This document shows, one piece after another, positions 38,823 to 50,046 of a stretch of 64,000 nt of DNA; position 1 is the first letter of the stretch, and each line of letters opens with the position of its first letter. Position numbers and translations under genes: made by a program. The notes beneath the pieces were generated by a model. The model was not told the DNA's origin. It ran no database searches and saw only the letters and a program-made list of their open reading frames with translations. Source of the stretch: Pyrinomonadaceae bacterium. Lineage in GTDB: Bacteria; Acidobacteriota; Blastocatellia; Pyrinomonadales; Pyrinomonadaceae. The DNA lies in assembly GCA_045807745.1 (NCBI GenBank), contig JBJMGT010000015.1, forward strand, positions 197,948 to 261,947, read 5' to 3'.

Positions 38823-40784
38823 CGCGAGTTGGGCGAAACGCTGGTCGGCGCGCAGCGGGTTGAGCAGGGGGTCAAATTTCAGATCGGCGATGTTGGGCGA
38901 GTGTTCGCGGTAAGCCTGTTCGAGGCAGGCGAACGCACGGTCGCGGTCGCCGAGTTGCGCATAAGGCCACGCGAGTTCGTAGGTCGGGACGTAGTCGTGC
39001 CGCGCCCGCTCTAAGTTTAGTTCAAGCCACTTCTGCCAGAAGCCCCGCAGTCCCGCGCCCCGGTACGCTTCCGTGAGCGCATCCGTCGCTGCGGGCGGGT
39101 CGCCGTTGAGCATCGCCGTCCGCACGTACTCCGCGAACGCCTCCGCGTCCGCACCCTGCATCTGAAGGGCCCGCGCCAAATCCCAGTGCGCGTTCGCGCG
39201 ATTCGGGTCCATCTCGACGGCGTGCCGCAAGGCCGCCGCCGCCTCATCGTAGCGGCGCGCATAGAGCAGTACCTCGCCCACGTCCACGTTCATCACGACA
39301 GAGAGCGGATCAAGCGCGCGCGCCTGTTGCATCTCTGCGATGGCCCTGTCCGCCTGCCCGGTCAGCAGCAGGGCGTAGGCGTAATCGTGATGCACCTCGA
39401 CGTTGCCCGGATCAAGCTCCAGCGCGCGCTCGACCTCACGAGCACCGTCCGCCCAAGCCCACTCCAACCGATACGCGCCCGCCAGCGACAGGTGCGCCTC
39501 CGCCAGTCCTTCATCGAGCGCCACCGCCCGCTGCGCCGCCGCCTTCGCTTTCGCCGTCGCCTCCTGCGGCGGCAGAGACAGAAACCAGACGCCCATGTTG
39601 TAGTAGTCGGCCACGCCCGCATAAGCTTGGGCGTAGTTCGGATCGTGTCTGAGCGCCGCTTGGAAATAGCTGAGCGACTGGTTCAGATCGGCCTTCGTCC
39701 GCTTGTACCAATGGTAGCGACCTTTCAGATAAGCCTCATAAGCCTCGACGCTGTCGGTGCGACGCGCGGTCAGTCGCCGCTCCTCGTCTGCGCTTAGCTT
39801 GTACTCAAGCCCGCCGATGACGTTGCGTGTGATCTCGTCTTGCAGCGCGAAGATGTCGCCCAGCTTGCGGTCGTAAGGCGCGCCCGCCCACAGGACGCGC
39901 CCGTCCTCCGTGCTCATCAGCCGCACCTCGACGCGCAGGCGTTCGCCCTCCTTGAACACGCCGCCTTGCAGCAACGTCGCTACTTTGAGTCGCTGGCCCA
40001 GTTCGCGCGGGTCTGCATCGGCCGCTTTGAGACTGAAAGCGGAGCCGCGCGCGATCACCTTCAAGCCGTTGATCTTTGAGAGCGCGTTGATCAAGTTCTC
40101 CGTGATGCCGTCGCACAGGTAGTCGTTCGCCGCGTCGTTCGTCAAGTTCTTCAGCGGCAGCACCGCAACGGAGGAAAGCGGGGCGGCCGCTTCGGTCTTG
40201 CGCGCCGCTGTCGGCACGGCCCGCCCGCGATGAACGATCAACGCGGCCGCAACCACACCCAGCGTGAGGATGCCCGCAAGCAAAGCGAGCGTGCGCAGAT
40301 GCAGCTTCGTGGGCCGAGCGCTGGGCGGTGTAGGAATAGACTGTAGCGCTTCACGCTCGCTGGCGGCCGGCTCTGCTGGTAACTCTGCGGCGGAGCCGAA
40401 GTCCGACGCTTCGTGTGTCGCCGCTGTCTCGCGTGGCTGCGGCGCACACTGAATCATCAGCTCGGCGAAAGGGCCAACGTAGCGATAGCCGTAGCCCCAA
40501 CGCGTCTCGATAAAACGTGGCTCGCCCGAACTATCATCGAGCGCCTTACGCAAAACAGCTACGCATTTGCGCACCGTGTCGTCGTACACATCCTTTCCGT
40601 GCCAGAACTGTTCCAACAGTTCCGCCGTGTTGACAAAGCGATCCCGATGTTCGATCAGGTAGAGCAGAACCAGAAAAGGTTTTTTGGCCAAGTGAACTTG
40701 CTGCTCGCCTGCAAGCAACAGTTGTCTGTCCGGCTCCAACCGGTGTTCCCCCAGCATGTAGGTTTTACTGAGATTGGCCGTCAT
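38805..40784 (-). CDS. CadC/ToxR-like transmembrane winged-helix transcriptional regulator with TolB-N-like and TPR domains
   Basis: N-terminal OmpR/PhoB-type wHTH ([10 protein letters not shown]...RWGYGYRY). A single TM ([19 protein letters not shown]). A periplasmic TolB-N-like segment ([27 protein letters not shown]), then TPR repeats. Start placed at MTANLSK (40784). Confidence 0.65.
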   Translation of the reverse strand: MTANLSKTYMLGEHRLEPDRQLLLAGEQQVHLAKKPFLVLLYLIEHRDRFVNTAELLEQFWHGKDVYDDTVRKCVAVLRKALDDSSGEPRFIETRWGYGYRYVGPFAELMIQCAPQPRETAATHEASDFGSAAELPAEPAASEREALQSIPTPPSARPTKLHLRTLALLAGILTLGVVAAALIVHRGRAVPTAARKTEAAAPLSSVAVLPLKNLTNDAANDYLCDGITENLINALSKINGLKVIARGSAFSLKAADADPRELGQRLKVATLLQGGVFKEGERLRVEVRLMSTEDGRVLWAGAPYDRKLGDIFALQDEITRNVIGGLEYKLSADEERRLTARRTDSVEAYEAYLKGRYHWYKRTKADLNQSLSYFQAALRHDPNYAQAYAGVADYYNMGVWFLSLPPQEATAKAKAAAQRAVALDEGLAEAHLSLAGAYRLEWAWADGAREVERALELDPGNVEVHHDYAYALLLTGQADRAIAEMQQARALDPLSVVMNVDVGEVLLYARRYDEAAAALRHAVEMDPNRANAHWDLARALQMQGADAEAFAEYVRTAMLNGDPPAATDALTEAYRGAGLRGFWQKWLELNLERARHDYVPTYELAWPYAQLGDRDRAFACLEQAYREHSPNIADLKFDPLLNPLRADQRFAQLAARVGL

Positions 40785-40933
40785 ACGCTCTGCTCTGGCC
40801 AGCGCTGCCGCTGTTCCGTCCGTGGTCTGTCTGCGCGTTAATATACTTGATTGGAACGGAATTTGGGGAGGATGCGCCCGCGCGATTTGATTTTCGTCCG
40901 GCGCGTTGTAAAGTTGCGGCGCAAACAGACTCA

Positions 40934-41734
40934 ATGATTACTATGTCCACAGTCGCAACAGCTACTACAGACACGTTCGAGATCGCTGGCCGCGTGTTCA
41001 CGTCGCGCTTGATCATCGGCACGGGAAAGTACCGCAGCTTTGCAGAGATGAAGGCGGCGCATCGCGCGTCGGGCGCGGAGATGGTGACGGTCGCCGTGCG
41101 GCGTGTGCCGCTTGACCGCAGCAGCGAATCATTTCTCGATCATCTTGACCCGGCGCTGGCCATTCTGCCCAACACGGCCGGCTGTTACACGGCCGAAGAC
41201 GCCGTCCGCACCGCGCGGCTTGCGCGCGAAGCGCTCAACACCAATTGGATCAAGCTCGAAGTGATCGGGGATCAGACGACGCTCTTTCCCGACAATGAAC
41301 AGACGCTCGCCGCCGCGCGCACGCTCGTCAGCGAGGGCTTTATTGTGCTGCCGTACTTCAGCGACGATCTGATCATGGCGAAGAAACTGCTCGCCGCAGG
41401 TTGTCCCGCCGTCATGCCGCTGGCCGCGCCCATCGGCTCAGGTCTGGGCGTACAGAATCCGGCGAATCTGGCCATCATGCGTGAGCAACTGCCTGATGCG
41501 ACGATCATCGTCGATGCTGGCGTCGGCACGGCCAGCGACGCTGCAATTGCGATGGAGTTGGGCGCGGACGCCATTCTCATGAACACCGCGATTGCCGAAG
41601 CACGGAACGCCACGCAGATGGCCAACGCCATGCGCCTCGCCATCGAAGCGGGGCGCATGGCTTATATGGCAGGCCGGATGCCGAAGCGTCTTTATGCAAG
41701 CGCGTCGAGTCCACTTGAGGGCGTCATTCGCTGA
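40934..41734 (+). CDS. thiG: thiazole synthase
   Basis: [19 protein letters not shown]...and a conserved ThiG TIM-barrel body. Start taken at MITMST (40934). Confidence 0.85.
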   Translation: MITMSTVATATTDTFEIAGRVFTSRLIIGTGKYRSFAEMKAAHRASGAEMVTVAVRRVPLDRSSESFLDHLDPALAILPNTAGCYTAEDAVRTARLAREALNTNWIKLEVIGDQTTLFPDNEQTLAAARTLVSEGFIVLPYFSDDLIMAKKLLAAGCPAVMPLAAPIGSGLGVQNPANLAIMREQLPDATIIVDAGVGTASDAAIAMELGADAILMNTAIAEARNATQMANAMRLAIEAGRMAYMAGRMPKRLYASASSPLEGVIR

Positions 41735-41781
41735 AACTCCATTAAGACTTACACCTTGGCCCGTCGCGGCGCGGAGATGCG

Positions 41782-44700
41782 CTACGGCGGGTTTTTCATT
41801 TCAACAGTTTTGGAGTTTAGTGTGGAGAGAAACAGAGCGGGACAGGGAGCAGCAATGAGTCGCGCAGCGCGTCGCGCTGACAAAGCGAAGTCGTCCCAGA
41901 GAGGAGATGCGGAAAATGCGAGCGGGCGCAGAAGATAGTTGAAGCCCTCTAACGAAGGAGCAGGGGATGAGCCGCCGCAGGGGTTCAACGGGGAGCTTGT
42001 GTTGCGTGGGTTCGGGGCGATAGCTGTGAAATCAGCGGAGTTGTTGTCGCTGTCCGTGCAGCCGCCGGACTTACGTAGGGCAGCAGTCGTCGTGCTCGGC
42101 GCGGGCGCGGGCGCAGTCTCCGAGCAGCTAGCCGTCGAACCGTAGCCAGCGAGATCGACGTAGGACGAAGAGAGGGGGCAAGTGCCCGTCAGCCCCGCCG
42201 TCGAATTAACCAGCGCGACCTTGCCCGCCGTCGCGCTCATGGTGGTTGTGCCAGTTGCGTCAGGTGTGGGTAGCAGGTTAACGCCGTTGGCGTTGCCGGA
42301 CTCCTGCACCAAGTAATACTGGCCGGGTTGGAGCATCACGTTTGTTAGCGGTGTGACCTGCCAGCTTGTGCTGGTCGCAGCGGCGTACTGCACCGACCAC
42401 CCGTTCAAAGAGACGGGCGATGTGCCGCGGTTGAACAGTTCGATGTAATCGTTCTTGTACGTCGAGCACCCCGCGGTCGTGCATCCCGCGCCGCCATACA
42501 CCTGACTGATGACGACGGGCGTCGGCGTCGGAGTAGGTGTTGGCGTTGGCGTCGGTGTCGGCGTCGGGGCTGCGACGCTCAGCGTCGCCGGATCGCTCGT
42601 CAGCGTGTGAACTCCATCCGTCGCCATCGCGTTGATCTGCGCCGTGCCAGCGCTAGCGCCGCGAACTGTGGCGACCGCGCTACCGTCAGGGTTGTTATTG
42701 ATGGCTTCGATCTGCGCGACCGGTTGATTGTCAGACGTAAAGCTGTAGGTCGCATTGGCGAACGGTTGGTTGAATTGATCAAAGGCGCGGGCAGTGAACT
42801 GCTGTGCCTGTCCGACGACGATGGTGGCTGTTGTCGGCGTCAACTCGACGCGCGTGAGCACGGGCGGTGGCGGGTTGATCGTCAAAGTCGCAGACGATTG
42901 TTGCGCGCCGGCGCGCGCGCGGATGGTCGTTGGGCCTGCGGCGAGCGCGGTTGCTTCTGTGCTCGCGCCGGTCGTGGGCGCGAGCGTGGCTTTGGTCGCG
43001 TCGCTCGCGTCCCAGATGAACGAGACGTTCAGCACTTCGACCTCAGCGCTGTTGGCATTAGCGAAAGCGCGGGCGGTGTACGATTGGCGCGCGCCGATGT
43101 CGAGTTGGGCAGTCATCGGCGCGACCTCAATGCGCATGAGCGTTGGCGCGCCGAAGGGTGTGCCGTCGGCGCGCGTGCCCGGCGAGAAGCCGCGCCCGTT
43201 CGCGTTCGCGGTGGTTGTGTGCGCGACGAAAGCCCCGCCATTGTCATTCAAGGCCGCGTCGGGCGCGCGCACGAGCGATTGATCGCTCGGCGCTGGCGGC
43301 GCGTTTGGAGCGGTGCTGCCGTAAGCTTGCGTGGCGATGACGATGTCGCCCGCGCCGGTCGGCAGCTTGACGGTGACCGTGTCGCCGCCGTCATTCAGCC
43401 CGAGCGAGCCGGTCGTGGCGATGAGCGCGCCACCAAACGCCGGATCATTTAACGGTGGATTGCCGCCGCCGAAAATGACGACGGCGCGCCCGGCGGCAAG
43501 CGTCGTGTTCGCAGGGAATGTGTAGCGGTTCGCGGTCGCGTCCGCGACGACGATGCCGGAGAGATCGAGCAGCGCGTCTGAAGAGTTGAACAACTCGATG
43601 AACTCATCGTCGTCGCTACTACGCACGCCGTCGCGGTTCGCATCGCCTTCAACATTCTGTGTGCTCGCGTTGTCGGGCGGCACGTCCGCCAGAATTTCAT
43701 TGATGACGAGCGGCGCGCGCACGTTTAGCAGGGCTTGACCTGAGACCGTGCTGCCTGCGCCATCGGCAGCCATTGCGTTAATCGTGACTGCGCCGATGCC
43801 GACGCCGCGCGCGAGGCCGTCAGCTCCAATAGTTGCCGTCTGCGCATCGCTCGTCGTCCAACTGAATGAAGCGTTCGGCACGAGTTGATCGTTTTGATCG
43901 AAGCCTTGCGCGGTGAACTGTTGTGTCTGCCCGCGATTGATATTTGCGCTTGCAGGATTGATGACAACGCGCGTAAGAATCGGCGGCGGTGGGTTGACCG
44001 TGAGCGCGGCCGGGTCGCTCGTGACAACAGTCGCGCCGCTAGTCGCCATCGCGTTGATGTGAGCCGTGCCCGCGCTGAGTCCACGCGCGGTGGCGATGGC
44101 TCTGCCGTCCGTGTTGTTCGACACGGATTCGATCTGCGCGACGTTCGCGTCGTCAGAATTAAAGGTGTAGGTCGCGCCGGTGAACGCATGGTCGAACTGA
44201 TCAAAGGCGCGCGCGGTGAACTGCTGTGTCTGATTGACAATGATCGTGGCCGCTGTGGGCGTCAACTCGACGCGCGTTAAGACAGGCGGCGGCGGGTTGA
44301 TCGTCAAGGTCGCTGTTGCTTGCAGACCGCCAGCTTGCGCGCTGATGTTCGTTGTGCCGGCGGCCACGGCGGTCGCTTCAGTGCCTACACCGGTGGCGGG
44401 CGCAACGTTGGCTTTGGTCGTATCGCTTGCGGCCCAGATGAAAGAGACGTTGGCCACTTCGACCTCGACGCCGCTTGCGCTACTAAAGGCGCGCGCGCTG
44501 AAGCCTTGCCGCGCGCCGATGTCGAGTTGCGCAGCGGCCGGTGTGACCTCTATGCGTGTGAGGGGCGACGAACCAAAAGGTGTGCCGTCGGCGCGCGTGC
44601 CCGGCGAATAGACGCGTCCGCCGGCGCTCGCGGCGCTGGCATGCGCAACGAAACTGCCGCCGCTCATGCCAATCTCTGCATCGGGCGCGCGCGTCAGCGC

Positions 44701-47700
44701 TTGATCGCTTGGCGCGGCCGGAGCACCGGGCGCGGCGTTGCCGTAAGGTTGGGCCGCGATGATGATGTCGCCGCCGCTCGCGGGCAGCTTGACGGTGACG
44801 GTATCGCCGCCGTCGTTCAGACCGAGCGAGCCGGTCGTGAAGATTAGCGCGCCGCCGAACGCGGTGTCGTTCACAGGCGGCGCGCCCCCGCCGAAGACTA
44901 CGACGCTACGCCCCACTTCAAGCGTCGTGTTTGGCGGGAAGGTAAATCGATTACTGGTTGCGTCTGCGAGCACGATGCCCGATAGATCGAGCGGCGCGTT
45001 CGAGTTGTTGAACAACTCGATAAACTCGTCGTCGTCGCTGCTGCGTACACCGTCGCGGTTGGCGTCGCCTTCGACGTTCGTCGTGCCGGCAATATCAGGC
45101 GGTACATCGGCCAGAATCTCGTTGATGACGAGCGGCGCTTGTACGGTCAGCATTGCTTGACCGGAGACTGTGTTGCCCACGCCGTCCGGGGTTGTGGCAA
45201 TGACATTGACTGCGCCGAGACCGACGCCGCGCGCCAAGCCCTCAGTGCTCACGTTTGCGATCTGCGTGTCGCTGGTCGTCCAGCTGAACGAAGCGCCCGG
45301 CACTAATTGATTGTTCTGATCGAACGCCTGCGCGGAGAACTGCTGCGTCTGCCCGCGATTGAGCGCGGCACTCGCGGGGCTGACGACGACACGCTGCACA
45401 ACGGGCGGCGGCACAGAGACCTGCAAGTCCGCCTCATCGCTCATGACGCTGTTTGCACCGTTCGTCGCAGCGGCCCGAATTTGCACCGTGCCCGCATTGC
45501 GGCCAGTGACGGTTGCAACAGCGCGGCCGTTTGCACTGTCAGTTGTGACATCTGTGATCGCGGCGATGCTCGTGTCGCTCGACGTGAAAATGAATGTCGC
45601 ACCGGGTAATGTGCGGTCGAACTGATCGAATGTTTGTGCGGTGAACTGTGTCGCGCCGCCGACGATGATAGAGGCGTTCGCGGGTGTGAGTTGCAGACGT
45701 GTTAAGCGCCCGGCGCGGGGCGCGAAGAACGAGCCGTCGAGTTTTGTGCCGGGCGAGAATTTGCGTCCGCCCGCGCCGGGCGCGAGTGTGTGGCGCAGGA
45801 ACGCGCCCGTTAGATCGGGCGCGCGCGTGATGGACTGATTCACCGAGTCGCCGCCGAAGTCATCGCCCGACGTGCCGTAAGCGAACTGCGCCGCTGGCCG
45901 GCCCGCATTATCACGAATCACAATGGTCAGCCCGCTATTCGTTAACGCCAGCCCGCCGCTTGAAACAGTAAGCACCTGCGCGCCACCAAATGCCGGGTTA
46001 TTCGCGTCGAAGCTCCCGCCCCCGAATACGATGATGGCGTCACCCGCAGGCAACATCGTGCGGGCCGCAAACGTGTGGCGCGTAGTTTCATTCAAGCTTG
46101 TTAGCGCATGTGTGCGGATCGTCCAGCCGCTGAGATCAAGCGGTGCGGAGGATCTGTTGACCAGTTCAATGAACTCATCGTCCGTGCCGCTGCGCGTCCC
46201 ATCGTGATTGGCATCGCCCGCCGCACCGTCCGGCGGATCAGCCAAGACCTCGTTGATGAGCAGTACCGGCACGCTAACGTTGAGCAGCGCCGTGCCCGTC
46301 AGGTTCTGCGCCGACGCCGTGATGTCGGTCGCGCCCTGTGCAATTGTGTTCGCCAAGCCCGTCTGAGCAATCGTTGCGACCTGCGGCTCGCTCGAAGCCC
46401 AAGTGAACGTGATGCCGCTCATCTCTTGGCTACGCTGATCAAAGGCCCGCGCGGTGAACTGCTCCTGCACGCCGGTGGGCAGCGTTACAGAGCCGGGTGT
46501 GATCTCAATCCGCGTCAACACAGGCGGCGCCTCGCGCACGGTCAGTTGTGCAGATGCAGAGCGCACGCCGCGCGCCTGTGCCGTGATCTCGCACATGCCG
46601 GGCGCAAGCGCGCGCGCCAATCCGTTGTTATCAATCGTCGCGACGAGCGGCGCGCTCGTCTGCCATTGAAAGATGATGCCCAGCAACTCGCGCCCGGCTT
46701 GATCGAAGGCGTGCGCGTTGAACTGTTGTTGTGTGCCGGTCTCGATGTTCGCACTTGCAGGCATGACCTCGATGCGAGCGATGGGCGCAGTCGGGGCGAA
46801 AGGCGCGCCGTCGGTGTGCGTGCCCGGTGAGAAGGCGCGCCCGTTGCTGTCGGCGACTTGTTGGTGCGGCGTGAAGTCGCCCGTGATGTCGCGCGCGCGC
46901 GTGAGTGATTGATTGTTGTCGCCGGGCAGGTTCACGTCGTCGCTGTAACTCATCTGCTCGATGAGCGTGCCGCTCGCATCAAGCAGCGTGACCGTGCTGC
47001 CGCCATTTAGGAGCGAGAGGCCGCCGGTCGAAGCCGTGAAGACTTGCGCTGCACCGAAGACGGGATCGTTTGGATTGAACGTGGCCGTCTCTGCGCCGCC
47101 GAAGACGACCAGCGCAGTGCCGGGCGGTAGGATCGTGCCGACGGCGAATAGGTGGCGGAGAGTGTCCGTGCCGCCGCTCGTGCGCGTGAGTAGTTGATAG
47201 CCGCCGAGGTCGTAATCCTGCGCGGCGGCGTTGACGATCTCTATGAACTCGTCTTGCGCGGCGTTGCGTATGCCGTCGTGGTTAGCATCACCGGCCGCGC
47301 CGTCGGGCGGATCGGCCAACACTTCATTGATGACAAGCGTGAGCGGATAAACTTCTAGCTGAGCCGTCGCGCTAACGTCCCCGGCAGCGGCGCGGATGAT
47401 GGCAGTGCCCGCCTGCAAGCCATGCACTGTGCCGTCCGCATCTACGCTTGCAATATCAGGCGCGCTTGAGTTGAAGATAACGGGCGCATCGGCGACCACG
47501 ACACCGGCTTCGTCGCGCACTGTTGCCAAGAGCCGCAGCGAGCGCCCGATGCCGACGCGCGCCGCAGCGGCTGCGAGCGTGATGCTGGCTGCGCGGCGCA
47601 CACCGCTAAATCTGATTGTGGTCGGATTGCTGTCGCGTCCGCCCGCCCTGACAACTAGGGGCACGACACCCGCCGCGCGTAGCGCGCTCGTCAACAAGAC

Positions 47701-49500
47701 GTGAATCTCGTCGAGACCGGACAGATCAGGCGAGGGCGCAACTGTCTCAACTGTCAATTGATGACCGCCGATTGAGACTGTCAGGTCTGTGGCGTGGCGC
47801 ACGCCGGTCGCGAAGATGATCAGACGGCGCGGGTTGTTCTGTGCGTCGACGGGATCGAAGGGTGGGCGCAAAAGCATGGACGCTTCAAGCGCAACGGCTG
47901 CGCCTGTGCCGTCGCCCGGTTCGGTGAAGACGCCGGGTGCGGCGGGCAGGATCATAACGTTGCCGCGCGACTCGTAACCGTCATGATTGCGCACACTGAC
48001 TGTGGCCATGCCGGACTCGATGTCAGGCGGCACGATGAAGTTGATCTGTGTGGGCGACACATAGAGCAACTCGGCAGCGCGGCCGTTGACCGACAGTGTC
48101 ACGTTCGCGACTGTGCGCGGGAAAGAGCCGTCGGCCAGCCGCTCTGTCTGCATTGAGACGAGCGCGAGGTTGCGGCCGGTGGCAATGGCAATCTGATCGG
48201 GCGCGAGCGCCTTAACGGCGGCCGGTTCGTGCCCGAACGCCGCGCCATGCGTGAGTCGTAAGTCGGTGGCAAAGGGCGAGGGCGGGGCAATTTCGGTCAC
48301 GAAAATTTCTGAGTCGTTAGCGAGATCGGCATCTGCGACTGCGCCCGCCAGTACGCGCGGGAAGTTGAAGGCGACGAGCGCGCCGTCATCGTTGAGCGAA
48401 GAGACGACTTCAGCCGCGGCCACTGCGGGTGCGCTCGTCAAACGCGTGAAACGATTGGCCGGTATGTCGTAAGCATAAAGCTCTACGCTGCCGTCGCTGT
48501 TGCCGCCCACGACGTTGCGGCGGGTCGCAAATGCGACGCGCTCGCCGTCGCCGCTGATCGTCGCGTTGAGCGGCACGTCTGTGACGCGTGCGCCCAAGAT
48601 CGTGAGTTGGCGCACGGCGTTGTTGCGCCCGTCGTAGAGATAGACCTGCGTGGTGTTGGCGGCCGTTTCGCTTGCGTAGACGATACGCGTGCCGTCATCG
48701 CTCACAGCCCGACCCGGCGTAAACGTTAACGCGCGCGCGTCTGTGACGAGGACGCGTGTACGCCCCGACGTTACTTCGTAGAACTTTAGATCGCGTGTAA
48801 ACGGCGTGTCATTCACGTGCGCGCGTCTATCTGAAATATAGGCCACACCCGTCCCGTCGCCGCTCAGCTTTGCGTCGCTTGCGCCCACGATGCCGTTTGT
48901 GTTGGTGATTTGTTGGAACGAGTGACGGGTTACGTCATAGATGAAGATTTCGAGATTCGCGTCGGGGTTTGCGCCGGTCAGATCGCGATTGGAGGCGAAG
49001 GCTATTAGCTCGCCATCGTTTGACATTGACGGTGCGAAGTTACCTTGTGCGACACGCAACGTTGGGTTGTCGGGGGCGGTGTTCGTGAGTTGTTGCAGTT
49101 GGTCTGGTGCGGCGAGAAATATCTCCGCGTTGCCGTCGAGGTTGTGACCCGGTATGAGATCGCCTGTACTGGCGAACGCGGTGCGCGCGCCGTCTTGCGA
49201 TAGGGCCGGTGCGACGGCCCGCGACGCGGCTAATTGCGTAAACGCGGGGGCAGCACCGCCGATGTCGGCGCGTAACGCATGGAAGCCCGGCGCGCTCGGT
49301 GCACCGGCCAGATTCTCCGTCGATTCAAAGACGATGTACTGACCGTCGCCGCTCAGTGTGGGGTTCAGATTGAGGGCCTGTTCCGGCGTGTGGGTGATGC
49401 GCCGGAGCGCGCCGGCTTGCGTGTGCGCGCGTCTGCCGGTCAGGTACACGACGAGGGCGACGCAGATGAGGATCGCAAAGAGCCTTGGATGAGGGGACAA
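41782..49500 (-). CDS. giant secreted protein (2572 aa): N-terminal TolB/PD40-like beta-propeller, then alternating lamin-tail (LTD) and Big_2 domains with a C-terminal PT linker
   Basis: Signal peptide MSPHPRLFAILICVALVVYL. PD40-like repeats (DG..IVF.S). Five LTD-like modules (LVINE(V/I)LADPP...DANRDG...DEFIEL(F/V)N), each followed by two Big_2-like modules. (PT)7 linker. Extensive nucleotide-level repetition. Confidence 0.7.
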   Translation of the reverse strand: MSPHPRLFAILICVALVVYLTGRRAHTQAGALRRITHTPEQALNLNPTLSGDGQYIVFESTENLAGAPSAPGFHALRADIGGAAPAFTQLAASRAVAPALSQDGARTAFASTGDLIPGHNLDGNAEIFLAAPDQLQQLTNTAPDNPTLRVAQGNFAPSMSNDGELIAFASNRDLTGANPDANLEIFIYDVTRHSFQQITNTNGIVGASDAKLSGDGTGVAYISDRRAHVNDTPFTRDLKFYEVTSGRTRVLVTDARALTFTPGRAVSDDGTRIVYASETAANTTQVYLYDGRNNAVRQLTILGARVTDVPLNATISGDGERVAFATRRNVVGGNSDGSVELYAYDIPANRFTRLTSAPAVAAAEVVSSLNDDGALVAFNFPRVLAGAVADADLANDSEIFVTEIAPPSPFATDLRLTHGAAFGHEPAAVKALAPDQIAIATGRNLALVSMQTERLADGSFPRTVANVTLSVNGRAAELLYVSPTQINFIVPPDIESGMATVSVRNHDGYESRGNVMILPAAPGVFTEPGDGTGAAVALEASMLLRPPFDPVDAQNNPRRLIIFATGVRHATDLTVSIGGHQLTVETVAPSPDLSGLDEIHVLLTSALRAAGVVPLVVRAGGRDSNPTTIRFSGVRRAASITLAAAAARVGIGRSLRLLATVRDEAGVVVADAPVIFNSSAPDIASVDADGTVHGLQAGTAIIRAAAGDVSATAQLEVYPLTLVINEVLADPPDGAAGDANHDGIRNAAQDEFIEIVNAAAQDYDLGGYQLLTRTSGGTDTLRHLFAVGTILPPGTALVVFGGAETATFNPNDPVFGAAQVFTASTGGLSLLNGGSTVTLLDASGTLIEQMSYSDDVNLPGDNNQSLTRARDITGDFTPHQQVADSNGRAFSPGTHTDGAPFAPTAPIARIEVMPASANIETGTQQQFNAHAFDQAGRELLGIIFQWQTSAPLVATIDNNGLARALAPGMCEITAQARGVRSASAQLTVREAPPVLTRIEITPGSVTLPTGVQEQFTARAFDQRSQEMSGITFTWASSEPQVATIAQTGLANTIAQGATDITASAQNLTGTALLNVSVPVLLINEVLADPPDGAAGDANHDGTRSGTDDEFIELVNRSSAPLDLSGWTIRTHALTSLNETTRHTFAARTMLPAGDAIIVFGGGSFDANNPAFGGAQVLTVSSGGLALTNSGLTIVIRDNAGRPAAQFAYGTSGDDFGGDSVNQSITRAPDLTGAFLRHTLAPGAGGRKFSPGTKLDGSFFAPRAGRLTRLQLTPANASIIVGGATQFTAQTFDQFDRTLPGATFIFTSSDTSIAAITDVTTDSANGRAVATVTGRNAGTVQIRAAATNGANSVMSDEADLQVSVPPPVVQRVVVSPASAALNRGQTQQFSAQAFDQNNQLVPGASFSWTTSDTQIANVSTEGLARGVGLGAVNVIATTPDGVGNTVSGQAMLTVQAPLVINEILADVPPDIAGTTNVEGDANRDGVRSSDDDEFIELFNNSNAPLDLSGIVLADATSNRFTFPPNTTLEVGRSVVVFGGGAPPVNDTAFGGALIFTTGSLGLNDGGDTVTVKLPASGGDIIIAAQPYGNAAPGAPAAPSDQALTRAPDAEIGMSGGSFVAHASAASAGGRVYSPGTRADGTPFGSSPLTRIEVTPAAAQLDIGARQGFSARAFSSASGVEVEVANVSFIWAASDTTKANVAPATGVGTEATAVAAGTTNISAQAGGLQATATLTINPPPPVLTRVELTPTAATIIVNQTQQFTARAFDQFDHAFTGATYTFNSDDANVAQIESVSNNTDGRAIATARGLSAGTAHINAMATSGATVVTSDPAALTVNPPPPILTRVVINPASANINRGQTQQFTAQGFDQNDQLVPNASFSWTTSDAQTATIGADGLARGVGIGAVTINAMAADGAGSTVSGQALLNVRAPLVINEILADVPPDNASTQNVEGDANRDGVRSSDDDEFIELFNSSDALLDLSGIVVADATANRYTFPANTTLAAGRAVVIFGGGNPPLNDPAFGGALIATTGSLGLNDGGDTVTVKLPTGAGDIVIATQAYGSTAPNAPPAPSDQSLVRAPDAALNDNGGAFVAHTTTANANGRGFSPGTRADGTPFGAPTLMRIEVAPMTAQLDIGARQSYTARAFANANSAEVEVLNVSFIWDASDATKATLAPTTGASTEATALAAGPTTIRARAGAQQSSATLTINPPPPVLTRVELTPTTATIVVGQAQQFTARAFDQFNQPFANATYSFTSDNQPVAQIEAINNNPDGSAVATVRGASAGTAQINAMATDGVHTLTSDPATLSVAAPTPTPTPTPTPTPTPTPVVISQVYGGAGCTTAGCSTYKNDYIELFNRGTSPVSLNGWSVQYAAATSTSWQVTPLTNVMLQPGQYYLVQESGNANGVNLLPTPDATGTTTMSATAGKVALVNSTAGLTGTCPLSSSYVDLAGYGSTASCSETAPAPAPSTTTAALRKSGGCTDSDNNSADFTAIAPNPRNTSSPLNPCGGSSPAPSLEGFNYLLRPLAFSASPLWDDFALSARRAARLIAAPCPALFLSTLNSKTVEMKNPP
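42600..47000. repeat. at least 3 intragenic tandem repeats of ~1.42 kb (one LTD plus two Big_2 modules each) inside the giant gene
   Basis: Shadow ORFs in the track recur with a 1419-bp offset (42821 versus 44240, and 45641 roughly 2x1423 from 42794), with near-identical translations (VGVNSTRV.TGGGGLIVKVA). The protein-level LTD units 3 and 4 are nearly identical. Confidence 0.65.
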
Positions 49501-49833
49501 GGCTGACGCTCCAGTTTCCGTCGGGCGCGTGTTTGAGGACGCGGCCGTGAAGAGTTAGATCAAACGAAAGTTGTTAGTCGTCTGTAATGCTGGTTCGTTG
49601 GAAAACGTTTGCTGTCTGCGCGCGATGGTTTGAACAAGTGCATAAGCAGGATGAGGAAACCTAATCGGCGCAAGTGCCCGCGAGGTGGGCGCATTCTACA
49701 CCTTCAGGCCAGAATGGCAAGGAAAATTTTTCCACCACCCGCAAGAATTTTTGCTATAGTGCCCGCGCACACTACACCTGTGCCGCCGCGAGACTCCTCA
49801 CGGCCACTTGAAACTAAGGAAAAACACGCTGTC

Positions 49834-50046
49834 CTAGAACCGGGTCAGCACTTGCAGTAGGTTCAGCTCGATCTCTGTCAGCATGTTTGACGCTCCGGTC
49901 CAGATAATGCCGCTCGTTGACGGCGGTGGCGGTGGCGGTGGCGATGCCACCCCTGTCCAGATGATCCCGTCATCGGCAAATGCTGAAGGCGTAAGTATGA
50001 GCACCAGTACAAATGTTGCCAGAGCTTTTCGGCAGTTCTTCTTCAT
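49834..50046 (-). CDS. small secreted peptide precursor with two GIIWTG repeats flanking a poly-Pro tract
   Basis: Start placed at MKKNCRK (ATG 50046), preceded by GAGAGAGG SD. Sec signal MKKNCRKALATFVLVLILTPSAFA. Predicted mature ~46 aa: DDGIIWTGVASPPPPPPPSTSGIIWTGASNMLTEIELNLLQVLTRF. Local GC ~40% versus ~64% background. Confidence 0.45.
   Translation of the reverse strand: MKKNCRKALATFVLVLILTPSAFADDGIIWTGVASPPPPPPPSTSGIIWTGASNMLTEIELNLLQVLTRF

Noticed and set aside
40785-40933. Possible TPP riboswitch upstream of thiG
   Set aside because: The only CUGAGA box lies inside the CadC-like coding region and precedes, rather than follows, any GGGG(U/A)GC-like block. The order and spacing do not fit the THI-element consensus.
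42600-47000. 1.4-kb repeats as IS elements or a duplicated gene
   Set aside because: They are in-frame within one continuous 2572 aa ORF and encode repeated LTD+Big_2 domains. They have no terminal inverted repeats and no transposase.
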